Assembly: GCA_030610655.1 (NCBI GenBank)
Contig: JAUWRG010000001.1
Span: 175-64,174 of the forward strand
Reading direction: 5' to 3'
From: Dehalococcoidia bacterium
Lineage (GTDB): Bacteria; Chloroflexota; Dehalococcoidia; E44-bin15
DNA length: 64,000 bases
The notes beneath the pieces were generated by a model. The model was given only the letters and a program-made list of their open reading frames with translations. It was not told the DNA's origin and did no database searches. Both the position numbers and the translations under genes were made by a program. This document shows, in pieces, positions 1 through 8,930 of this stretch; the first letter of the stretch is position 1; each line of letters opens with the position of its first letter.

Positions 1-1
1 T

Positions 2-3000
2 GACAATATCAACCGCATCCTGAGTTCAACGGAAGCGGCACGGTTTGCCGTTGGCTACTTCTTCCTCTCCGGTCTCACCAGCATTGCCGACAAGCTCAAA
101 GGCGTAAAGGAGCTGCGCCTGCTCATCGGCAACACTACCAACCGTGAAACGCTGGAGCAGCTAGCCGAAGGATACCGGCGACTGGAACTGGTCAAAGACG
201 CCGCCGAGGCACAGGCATACCCCAAGAGAGCCGAAACCCGCCAAATGGCTAATGAGACTGCTGAAAACATCCGCTCCAGTATGGAGCTGATGGACCAGAC
301 TGATGAGGGAGAAACCCTGGTCAAAGAGATGGTGCGGATGATTGAAGAGAAGCGGCTCAAAGTAAAGGTCTACACCAAAGGTCGCTTACACGCCAAAGCA
401 TATATTTTTGACTATGGAATGTTGTTTGATAGCGACGGCAAGCCTGTTGAGCGCCACGAGAAGGGTATCGCCATCGTCGGCTCCTCAAACCTGACTCTAT
501 CGGGGGTGACTCACAATACGGAACTCAACGTGGTCGTCCAGGGCAATGATAACCATGCCGAACTGGTGCGCTGGTTTGATGACCTCTGGAAGGAAGCTCA
601 GGACTTTGATGAGATCTTGATGCAGGAGATGCAACAGTCCTGGGCTGTTATTCCCGTTAGACCATACGATATTTATATGAAAACACTCTATAGCCTGGTA
701 AAGGACAGAATTGAAGGAGGAGACGACAAAGATATTCTCTGGGATGATGAAATCACCAGAGATTTGGCAGATTTTCAGAAAGTAGCCGTAAGGCAGGCAT
801 TTCAAATGATTCGTGATTACGGGGGTGTTTTTATATCCGATGTAGTCGGACTTGGGAAATCATACATCGGGGCAGCTGTTATCAAGCACCTGGAGCGGAC
901 TGACCGTGTTAAACCTTTGATTATCTGTCCGGCTTCACTGGTGGATATGTGGGAAAGATATAACGAATTATATGAGCTGAACGCACGTGTGCTCTCAATG
1001 GGCTACTTGCATGAGGATGATGATGGTACCTCTGACATTCTTCTAAGGGACGTCATCTACCGTGAAAGGGACCTTATACTGATTGACGAAAGCCATAACT
1101 TTCGCTACTCCGACACACAGCGTTATAAGGTAATGCAGCGATTCTTAAGTACTGGTAAACGCTGCTGCTTTCTCACGGCTACGCCACGCAACAAGAGCGC
1201 GTGGGACGTGTACCACCAGATTAAACTCTTCCATCAAGACGACAAGACCGACTTGCCTATCGACCCGCCAGACCTGAGACAGTATTTCCGCCTTATTGAG
1301 AAAGGGGAAAAGAAGTTACCGGACTTGCTTGCCAATATCCTTATCAGGCGTACTCGTAACCATATCTTACGATGGTATGGGTTTGATTCAGTAACACATC
1401 AGCCAGTTGATCCCTCTCGTTTCAGAGAATATCTGGATGGCCATCGAAGAGCATATGTACTCGTGGGCGGACGACATCAATTCTTCCCTAAAAGAGAACT
1501 TGAAACCATCGAGTACAGCATTGAGGAAACCTATCAAGGGCTCTACCATGAAATACGCGGTTACCTGGGTAAGTCCCAAAAGGGTCAGCCGATTAAACCC
1601 CCGGTAAACGAACTTACTTATGCTCGTTACGGTCTCTGGAATTACGTTGTGAAGAGTAAACAGAGGCAAGAGCCTTATACCAATCTTCAACACGCGGGCG
1701 CAAACCTTCGTGGCTTGATCCGAGTATTACTTTTTAAACGCTTTGAATCCAGCGTATATGCTTTCAGAGAGACAATACGGAGACTTCTAACTACACATGA
1801 ACGATTTCTAGAGGCATTGCTACAAGGTATAGTGCCTGCAGGTGATGCTGCACAGGATATTCTCTACGAGCCAAACCAGGCAGAGGAGCAGGATTTGGTT
1901 GACGCTCTACGGCAAGCCTCAGGACGATACAAGGCTGAGGACTTTGATATGGACAGACTTCAAGAGCATATAGAGCATGATGTTCAGTTGCTTAGAAAAA
2001 TTCTGCAATTGGTTGAACCTATTACGTCGGAATATGATGACAAGCTTCAAACGCTAAAAAGATGGCTGGGGAAAATGCCACTCAAGGATGGCAAGCGGTT
2101 AGTCTTTACTCAATACGCTGATACGGCACGTTATTTGTTTGATAACCTTAACCCGGGAGGCAAGAGCGACGATATTGAAGTCATCTGCAGTGGAGATAAA
2201 AGCAAAGCCAGGGTAGTAGGTAGATTTGCTCCGAAAGCTAACCCGGACTATCACTTTGCATCCGGGGAATCCGAAATCACAACCCTTTTTGCTACCGATG
2301 TCTTGGCAGAAGGTCTAAACCTTCAGGACTGTGACAAGATTGTTAATTATGACTTACACTGGAGCCCGGTGCGTCTTATCCAGCGGTTCGGGCGAATTGA
2401 CCGTATTGGCTCAGACTACGATGTAATTTATGGCTATAACTTCCTTCCTGAAACTGGCATTGAGCGCAATTTGGGATTAAAACAAAAGCTGCATAACCGT
2501 ATTCAGGAAATCCACGATACTATCGGGGAAGACTCCGCCATTCTAGACCATACGGAACAACTTAATGAAGAGGCCATGTATGCCATTTATGAGAAAAAGG
2601 GAGGTCAACTAAGCCTGTTTGAAGATGAGGAAGATGAATTTGTGGACCTCAACGAAGCCGAAGAAATATTGAGGCAACTCAAAGGAGAAAAACCCGAAGA
2701 GTACGAGCGAATTTCTAACCTGAGGGATGGCATCCGTACTGCCAAATCGTCTAAGAGCAAGGGGCTTTATGTCTTTTGTCAGGCAGGAAACTACCAACAA
2801 TTGTTTCATTTAGATGAGGCAGGCAATATCATAACTAGGGATATCCCACGTATCCTTGGTACTATTAAATGTGGGCCAGCTCTTGAGGGCCAAAAATTAC
2901 CAGAGGGCTATAACACCGCTGTTATGAGAGTGAAACGCCAGTTTTCAGAAGAGTTCAAGCATCGTCAGGCTGAACGTGAGCATACCCTTTCTCTAAGTCA

Positions 3001-3292
3001 GGGGCAACGTTATGTGCTTCGGGAATTACGTGTCATGTTCAGTACGACCGAAGATGAGAATCTGAAGGCCCAAATTAACATTTTGGAGAAAGCATTCCGA
3101 GGGCCAGTGACCATGGCGGTTAATAAAGAGCTGAACAGGAGCCGACGAAATGGAATCATGGGGCAGAACCTGTTTGAAGTATTAAGGGACATTTATTCCC
3201 AACACAACATGCGGGAATGGTTGGACCGAAGGAACTTGCATACTGAGGAGCAGCCCATATCAAGGATTATTTGCAGCGAGTCCTTTAGTTAA
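2..3292 (+). CDS. PLD-family (HKD) nuclease domain fused to an SNF2/SWI2-family helicase; the 5' end lies outside the window
   Basis: The frame is open from position 2. There is an HxKxxxxD motif (GRLHAKAYIFDY), a DEAH-type motif II (LILIDESHNF), a helicase C-terminal domain and a Q..GR..R motif VI (QRFGRIDRIG). The ORF track gives 1015 aa from an internal Met. Confidence 0.75.
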   Translation, partial: DNINRILSSTEAARFAVGYFFLSGLTSIADKLKGVKELRLLIGNTTNRETLEQLAEGYRRLELVKDAAEAQAYPKRAETRQMANETAENIRSSMELMDQTDEGETLVKEMVRMIEEKRLKVKVYTKGRLHAKAYIFDYGMLFDSDGKPVERHEKGIAIVGSSNLTLSGVTHNTELNVVVQGNDNHAELVRWFDDLWKEAQDFDEILMQEMQQSWAVIPVRPYDIYMKTLYSLVKDRIEGGDDKDILWDDEITRDLADFQKVAVRQAFQMIRDYGGVFISDVVGLGKSYIGAAVIKHLERTDRVKPLIICPASLVDMWERYNELYELNARVLSMGYLHEDDDGTSDILLRDVIYRERDLILIDESHNFRYSDTQRYKVMQRFLSTGKRCCFLTATPRNKSAWDVYHQIKLFHQDDKTDLPIDPPDLRQYFRLIEKGEKKLPDLLANILIRRTRNHILRWYGFDSVTHQPVDPSRFREYLDGHRRAYVLVGGRHQFFPKRELETIEYSIEETYQGLYHEIRGYLGKSQKGQPIKPPVNELTYARYGLWNYVVKSKQRQEPYTNLQHAGANLRGLIRVLLFKRFESSVYAFRETIRRLLTTHERFLEALLQGIVPAGDAAQDILYEPNQAEEQDLVDALRQASGRYKAEDFDMDRLQEHIEHDVQLLRKILQLVEPITSEYDDKLQTLKRWLGKMPLKDGKRLVFTQYADTARYLFDNLNPGGKSDDIEVICSGDKSKARVVGRFAPKANPDYHFASGESEITTLFATDVLAEGLNLQDCDKIVNYDLHWSPVRLIQRFGRIDRIGSDYDVIYGYNFLPETGIERNLGLKQKLHNRIQEIHDTIGEDSAILDHTEQLNEEAMYAIYEKKGGQLSLFEDEEDEFVDLNEAEEILRQLKGEKPEEYERISNLRDGIRTAKSSKSKGLYVFCQAGNYQQLFHLDEAGNIITRDIPRILGTIKCGPALEGQKLPEGYNTAVMRVKRQFSEEFKHRQAEREHTLSLSQGQRYVLRELRVMFSTTEDENLKAQINILEKAFRGPVTMAVNKELNRSRRNGIMGQNLFEVLRDIYSQHNMREWLDRRNLHTEEQPISRIICSESFS

Positions 3293-3469
3293 GTTCTCGC
3301 AAATCGCCAATTTTTCAGAACCTATTTGCTGGACTTTCTATAGCCTGTAGTCAGGCTCTCCGAAATCGAATTGATATCCAACAAAGTAGCGATTTGTGTC
3401 CTTCCTGCCGCGACGATACTTGGCAGACCGTCAGCATGATACCATCCCTGTCGCCCTCCCCTTTAATAT

Positions 3470-5083
3470 CTAGTCAAAAATCGTGCTGCACTCTAAAAGC
3501 TCCACCGGTATCCCCACCTCTCGCTCTATGTCAAGGTAAACCCTCCCTGTAAGGTCGCGACCCCATCCTCCCAAACTGAAAGGGGATGATGGGATGACGA
3601 TCAAATCGGGTTTCCCCCCATTCCCCTTCAAATATTCCCTGATGAAGTCGATGAAGTCCTGAACCACGAGGAGGTCGCCCATGAAGATATTCCCCCCAAA
3701 GAAGCTATTCTGAGGGACCCCAATATCTATTCTTAGATTACCGAAGAGGTGGCTTTCGGCGAGCAATTGCTCGAATGTAGGCTTCACCAAGGCAGACGAT
3801 AGGAAAAGAACGTGTTTCGCATTATAGGAATCGATAACTCCTCTCAAACTCTCCAGATAGCTCAGCCTGAGTCCCGTGCCCATGAAAATCACCCCCAGGT
3901 GATGGTCAATCTCCTTGGAGTAGGGATAGCAGAAATCCTCCAGATTAACGCTTAGCTCAATGGACCGGCCCTCTCTTTCAACGGTAAGAGAGACCTCTCC
4001 AATCTCACTGCGCTGAAGGACAGAAAGAAGGTCCCGTGCCTGGGGTCGAGATGAGACGACAATGCTACCGATTTTCAAAACCTGGTCCCCTTTCTTCAAA
4101 CCTGCCCTGGCAGCGGGGGAGTTTTTCACCAAGCCCACGATCCCAGGCAGGTTTTTACGCCCCTTGCAGAGATTCTCCTCATAAATGCTGGGCATAACCA
4201 CAATAGGGCAGATGGCACTATTCCTGAGAATTCTAACAATGGAGATGACCTTTACCCAAACTTCTTCGAGGTCAAAGAGCTTCTCCTGAGAGAAGTACGT
4301 GGAGTAGCCGGGAAGGTTGACCTCCACCAGATGAGCGTCGTTGTGGTCAGCGTAAGCCACGGTGTTTGACAGGTCGTCAAGCATTTCACAAAGGGAATCT
4401 ACAGGCCAGGGAACGATGACCAGAGCATAGGGAATCCCAGCCTCTCTAAGCAAGGGCAAGGAATCAATAGCGACCTGCGGGTTTTTGCCTTTCATCAACC
4501 TTGTGCGGCGCGACGGGCAGACACTATTAAGGGAGAGATAAAGATATACTGGCTTTAACCTCTCCAATTGAGAGATGATTTCAGAGGTCAGAGACTCCCC
4601 ATTTGTGGTTATGCGAAACACCTTCGAGCTCTTCTGCCGGAGTAACTGAAGCACCTCCAAGAAATGGGGATGCATCATTACCTCATAAATGTCACCCAAG
4701 CTTGGGAATAAGCAGGAGCCCTGCTTGGGAAAGAAATAGTCCAGTCTTGTCCTCATCTCCTCAAATTCTTCGGCTGGTGGCCTCCGCAAATTGCCCAAGG
4801 CTAATGAGGGAGGATTACCCTTGTTGCAGCAGAAGATGCAATCGCAGTTACACCTTGACCCTGCATAGCCAAAGATCTCGCTAGGGTCACAAGCAGAGGG
4901 GGAAAGCCAATCCTTCAGATTCTTCAGCCGGAAGCCATCCACCTCGACCACCTCCCCATTCTTCTCGAGGTCGACCACTGATAGGAAGCTCTCCAGTTGC
5001 TTTTTGATGAGCTCTATCCTTGGTTCGTATAAAGAGGCATTCCTGATATCTTGAAAGGAATTCATACCGCACCCCTCAGCCAC
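3470..5083 (-). CDS. radical SAM protein with PDZ domain (PDZ/DUF512-type architecture)
   Basis: CX3CX2C motif (CNCDCIFC); PDZ-like segment (GLKKGDQVLKIGSIVV). Confidence 0.7.
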   Translation of the reverse strand: MAEGCGMNSFQDIRNASLYEPRIELIKKQLESFLSVVDLEKNGEVVEVDGFRLKNLKDWLSPSACDPSEIFGYAGSRCNCDCIFCCNKGNPPSLALGNLRRPPAEEFEEMRTRLDYFFPKQGSCLFPSLGDIYEVMMHPHFLEVLQLLRQKSSKVFRITTNGESLTSEIISQLERLKPVYLYLSLNSVCPSRRTRLMKGKNPQVAIDSLPLLREAGIPYALVIVPWPVDSLCEMLDDLSNTVAYADHNDAHLVEVNLPGYSTYFSQEKLFDLEEVWVKVISIVRILRNSAICPIVVMPSIYEENLCKGRKNLPGIVGLVKNSPAARAGLKKGDQVLKIGSIVVSSRPQARDLLSVLQRSEIGEVSLTVEREGRSIELSVNLEDFCYPYSKEIDHHLGVIFMGTGLRLSYLESLRGVIDSYNAKHVLFLSSALVKPTFEQLLAESHLFGNLRIDIGVPQNSFFGGNIFMGDLLVVQDFIDFIREYLKGNGGKPDLIVIPSSPFSLGGWGRDLTGRVYLDIEREVGIPVELLECSTIFD

Positions 5084-5085
5084 TA

Positions 5086-5337
5086 TTAAAGCGGACGTTC
5101 TTCGAAGAAATCCGATGATTCCTGTTCTTGGGGAAAAATCTTGTGTGTAGTCCTGCGATCCCGGAGCAGCTTGAACCCATCAAGCTTCACCTCACGCTGC
5201 CCCTCCACAGGGATAACAACGGCCAAGATATTCTCCAGTTGCGCTCTTATCATCTCCAAGAGGGGATCCCTAAACACTGGAGTTTTGTTGCTATCGAGTT
5301 TGTAACGGAAAACATAGTCTGCCATCCACCAAATCAC
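5086..5337 (-). CDS. small protein paralogous to the N-terminal ~80 aa of the downstream radical SAM-PDZ protein
   Basis: LLEMIRAQLENILAVVIPVEGQREVKLDGFKLLRDR aligns with IELIKKQLESFLSVVDLEKNGEVVEVDGFRLKNLKDW of ORF 3470-5083. It overlaps its neighbours by 4 bp at each end. Confidence 0.45.
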   Translation of the reverse strand: MIWWMADYVFRYKLDSNKTPVFRDPLLEMIRAQLENILAVVIPVEGQREVKLDGFKLLRDRRTTHKIFPQEQESSDFFEERPL

Positions 5338-6122
5338 CTCCCCTTAAAATCGGGCTTGCGCTTCTCGATAAAAGCTATCATCCCCTCCTTCCGGTCCTCA
5401 CCACTCTCCACTTTGTTTATGAGAGCCATCATCTCAGCCTCATCCTCAGCGCTCATCCTCCGCTGCTTCAGGAGCTTGTTGAAGATAGCCTTGGTGGCGC
5501 TCACCGCAAGCGGCCCGTTCTCGGCGATCTCTTGAGCTAAGGCATAGGTTTTTGCGAGCAATTCCTCTGCTGGAACCACATGATTCACCAGGCCAATCTC
5601 CTTTGCCAACTGGGCATTGATGAACCTGCCAGTGAAGAATAGCTCCTTTGCCCAGGCCACGCCTACAATATTGACTAAGCACTGGGTACCAACAGGCCAG
5701 TAGACACTGCCCATCTTAACCGGGTTTATCCCCATCCTTGCCGTATCAGCAGCGACGCGAATGTCACAGGCCGCAGCCAAATCGCAACCAGCGCCCACGG
5801 CGGCGCCGTAGATCATGGCAATAACTGGTTTGGTACAGGTGATAATACTTCCCCTGGCGTAGTCAAGGGGATTGCCTTTTTGAGCCATCTCATCTTCGGA
5901 TATTGTTATTTCCCCTCTTAGATCCATCCCGGCACAGAAGGCTTTCTCCCCCACACCCCTGAGCACCACAACCCTCACATCCGCATCGTCCTTTAAGGCA
6001 CATAACACATCGCCCAGCCGATACATCAGCTCTACTGTAAGGGCATTGCGCCTCTCTGGGCGATTGATAGCGAGGGTGCAGATATACTCGCCTTTTTCCA
6101 CAAAGAGCATCTCTTCAGCCAT
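5334..6122 (-). CDS. enoyl-CoA hydratase/isomerase (crotonase family)
   Basis: Crotonase-fold signature (FCAGMDL, AMIYGAAVGAGCDLAAACDIRVA). Tandem paralog of ORF 6267-7055. Confidence 0.85.
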   Translation of the reverse strand: MAEEMLFVEKGEYICTLAINRPERRNALTVELMYRLGDVLCALKDDADVRVVVLRGVGEKAFCAGMDLRGEITISEDEMAQKGNPLDYARGSIITCTKPVIAMIYGAAVGAGCDLAAACDIRVAADTARMGINPVKMGSVYWPVGTQCLVNIVGVAWAKELFFTGRFINAQLAKEIGLVNHVVPAEELLAKTYALAQEIAENGPLAVSATKAIFNKLLKQRRMSAEDEAEMMALINKVESGEDRKEGMIAFIEKRKPDFKGR

Positions 6123-6266
6123 AAGCCCCTGTTTCCACCATCCTCAAAGGTTATGTTTAAAAGCTTGTCGTAATCCAGCCACGGCAGGCGATACAATGAG
6201 ACCAGCAACATCTGCCATCGCGGCATAGTCGACCAAAAAACTACGGCGATTCACCACCGACCTGAA

Positions 6267-7055
6267 TCACCTACCCTTAAAATCGGCCTTGCGCTTCTCA
6301 ATAAAAGCTATCATCCCTTCCCTTTGATCCTCGCTCTGTACCACAGTATCTCTGAGGGTCTCGATCTCAGCCTTGTCCTCAGCACTCATTTCCTGATACT
6401 TGAGGAGCTTGTTGAAGATGGCCTTAGTGGCACTCACCGCAAGCGGCCCGCTCTCAGCGATCTCCTGAGCCAGAGCATAGGTTGTGGCGGGCAATTCCCC
6501 CTCTGGAACCACATGGTTCACCAAGCCGATCTCCTTCGCCCTTTGGGCATCGATAAATCTGCCGGTGAAGAATAGCTCCTTTGCCCAGGCCACCCCTACC
6601 ACATTCATCACACCCTGGATACCCCCCGGGTGATAGATACTGCCAATCTTGACTGGGTTTATCCCCATCCTTGCCGTATCAGCAGCGACACGAATGTCAC
6701 AGGCAGCCGCGAGGTCGCAGCCAGCCCCCAGGGCATTTCCATAGATCATGGCAATAACCGGTTTGGTACAGGCTATAATACTCCCTCTGGCGTAGCCAAG
6801 GGGATCGCCTTTTTCCATCTTCTCACCTTCGCTAATCTGTATTCCCCCCCTCAGATCCAGCCCGGCACAGAAGGCTTTCTCCCCCGCACCCCTGAGCACC
6901 ACCACCCTCACGTCGCTATCATCCTTCAGGGCATTTAGCGCATCACCGATATTATACATTACATCTACGGTGAGGGCATTTCGCTTCTCCGGGCGATTGA
7001 TGGTGACAGTGCAGATGTAATCCTTCTTCTCTACGAGAACCACCTCTTCAGACAT
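6267..7055 (-). CDS. enoyl-CoA hydratase/isomerase (crotonase family), tandem paralog
   Basis: Aligns end-to-end with ORF 5334-6122 at about 75% aa identity by eye; both are 262 aa. Confidence 0.85.
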   Translation of the reverse strand: MSEEVVLVEKKDYICTVTINRPEKRNALTVDVMYNIGDALNALKDDSDVRVVVLRGAGEKAFCAGLDLRGGIQISEGEKMEKGDPLGYARGSIIACTKPVIAMIYGNALGAGCDLAAACDIRVAADTARMGINPVKIGSIYHPGGIQGVMNVVGVAWAKELFFTGRFIDAQRAKEIGLVNHVVPEGELPATTYALAQEIAESGPLAVSATKAIFNKLLKYQEMSAEDKAEIETLRDTVVQSEDQREGMIAFIEKRKADFKGR

Positions 7056-7072
7056 AACTCCTCCTTTCCACC

Positions 7073-8203
7073 TTACGTCAAGAAACTTATGAACAATCCA
7101 GCCACAGCAGCGGAGCCGATGACGCCAGCAACATTTGGCCCCATGGCGTGCTGCAACAGGAAATTCTCAGGGTTTGCTCGCTGTCCCTCCACGTGAACCA
7201 CACGGGCTGCCATCGGTAATGCAGAAACGCCAGCAGCACCGATAAGTGGGTTGACCTTCCCTCCGGTCAACCAGCACATCAGCTTCCCAATCAGAACACC
7301 GCCTGCCGTCCCGAAACCGAAGGCGAAGATGCCAAGAGCAAAGAGCTCCAGAACCTTTACGTTCAACACCGCCTCAGCGCCCATCATTGAGCCCACGCAG
7401 ACACAGAGGAAGATAGTGACGATGTTTATCAGCGCCCCACCTGCCGTCCTCGCCAGTCTCTCGACGACACCGGACTCGCGCAGCAGATTGCCAAACATCA
7501 GCATTCCGATAAGTGGCGCTGCCTTAGGCAGCAGTAGAACGACAAGTATAGTGACGACTATGGGGAAAAGGATAAGCTCCAGCCTGGATACACAGCGCGA
7601 CTCCTCCATAACGATGGCTCTCTCCCTTTTGCTGGTGAGAAGCCGCATTATAGGGGGCTGGATAATGGGCACCATGGCCATATAGGAATATGCAGCAACA
7701 GCCACCGGACCCAGTAGATGGGGGGCAAGCAGAGCTGCGGTATAGATCGCTGTAGGGCCATCGGCGCCACCAATGATGCCGATGCTTCCTGCCTCCGGTA
7801 GAGAAAAACCCAGGGCGAGGGCGCCGAAGACGGTGGCAAATATGCCTATCTGAGCTGCGGCGCCAAGGAAAAAGGTCTTGGGATTGACCAGCAGGGGAGT
7901 AAAGTCGGTTAAGGCTCCTATGCCGAGGAAGATTATTGGGGGAAATATTGCCAACTTTACCCCTAAGCCAAGGTAGTAAAGAAGACCACCGAGCTCTATT
8001 TCAGAACCTGTTACCAGCAGTCCAGTAATAGGGAGATTGGTCAATATGACTCCGAAACCTATTGGCAATAATAGAAGGGGTTCATAGTGTTTCCTGATGG
8101 CCAGGTAGATGAGCAGGCCGCCAACTAGAAGCATTACCGCGTTGCCCCAATACAGATGGGCAAAACCGGTAAAGCTAAAGAAGTCTAGAATCCGCTCTAG
8201 CAC
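7073..8203 (-). CDS. Na+-transporting biotin-dependent decarboxylase beta subunit (OadB/MmdB/GcdB family membrane pump)
   Basis: A 376-aa polytopic membrane protein sitting between a carboxyltransferase and biotin-carrier genes. Size and glycine-rich TM helices are typical of the family. Confidence 0.7.
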   Translation of the reverse strand: MLERILDFFSFTGFAHLYWGNAVMLLVGGLLIYLAIRKHYEPLLLLPIGFGVILTNLPITGLLVTGSEIELGGLLYYLGLGVKLAIFPPIIFLGIGALTDFTPLLVNPKTFFLGAAAQIGIFATVFGALALGFSLPEAGSIGIIGGADGPTAIYTAALLAPHLLGPVAVAAYSYMAMVPIIQPPIMRLLTSKRERAIVMEESRCVSRLELILFPIVVTILVVLLLPKAAPLIGMLMFGNLLRESGVVERLARTAGGALINIVTIFLCVCVGSMMGAEAVLNVKVLELFALGIFAFGFGTAGGVLIGKLMCWLTGGKVNPLIGAAGVSALPMAARVVHVEGQRANPENFLLQHAMGPNVAGVIGSAAVAGLFISFLT

Positions 8204-8206
8204 TTT

Positions 8207-8419
8207 CTATCCCTCGATATCGACCAGTGTTTCCCTTCTTTTAACGTACTGGCCCTCCGTGACAAGTACTTCACTTATCTTACCATCCTGGGGAGCCTTT
8301 ATCTCATTCTTAATCTTCATTGACTCCAGTATGAGCAAAACATCGCCGGCTTTCACCGAATCGCCAACCTTAACATTGACGGAGATGATAGTACCCGGCA
8401 TAGGAGATCTAACCACCAT
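8207..8419 (-). CDS. biotin carboxyl carrier domain protein
   Basis: Biotinyl-lysine motif LESMKIKNEIKAPQDGKI; 70 aa. Confidence 0.8.
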   Translation of the reverse strand: MVVRSPMPGTIISVNVKVGDSVKAGDVLLILESMKIKNEIKAPQDGKISEVLVTEGQYVKRRETLVDIEG

Positions 8420-8462
8420 TTCATTTATCCTTTCTAATCAAAATAAGAAATTCTCCTCTTCA

Positions 8463-8927
8463 TCAAACGATGGTAACCAGACGGTCCATCCTTCTAACAC
8501 ATGCGCCTTCGGTGATATGTATCTCCTTCACCTCTCCATCTTTCGGAGCTCTTATCTCATTCTGAATCTTCATCGACTCCAGTATAAGTAACACGTCACC
8601 AGCCCTCACCTGGTCACCTACTTTAACCTTGATGGAGACGATAGTACCCGGCATAGGGCAAATGACAACCTTTTCAGCGCCAACCGTCGGCAATGGCGGC
8701 TCCACTACCAGCGGAGTTTCCCGTCGTAGCACGCCCGCACCATCGGGGGGTGTTTCGACCGCCGAAGCCGGTTCTCCAGAATCGGCTACATCGATTTCCT
8801 TTTCGCCGACTCTCGCCACCCGCTCCAATAGGGTGGATAGACCCATAAAAACCAAGGAGATCAGAATAAGTGCTCCTAGCGCCATGCCGGTTAACTGGAG
8901 AGCAAAAGCCATATCACCCATTGTCAC
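8463..8927 (-). CDS. decarboxylase gamma-like membrane anchor fused to a biotin carboxyl carrier domain
   Basis: N-terminal TM helix, Pro/Ala-rich linker, C-terminal biotinyl motif ESMKIQNEIRAPKDGEV. Confidence 0.75.
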   Translation of the reverse strand: MTMGDMAFALQLTGMALGALILISLVFMGLSTLLERVARVGEKEIDVADSGEPASAVETPPDGAGVLRRETPLVVEPPLPTVGAEKVVICPMPGTIVSIKVKVGDQVRAGDVLLILESMKIQNEIRAPKDGEVKEIHITEGACVRRMDRLVTIV

Positions 8928-8930
8928 CTA

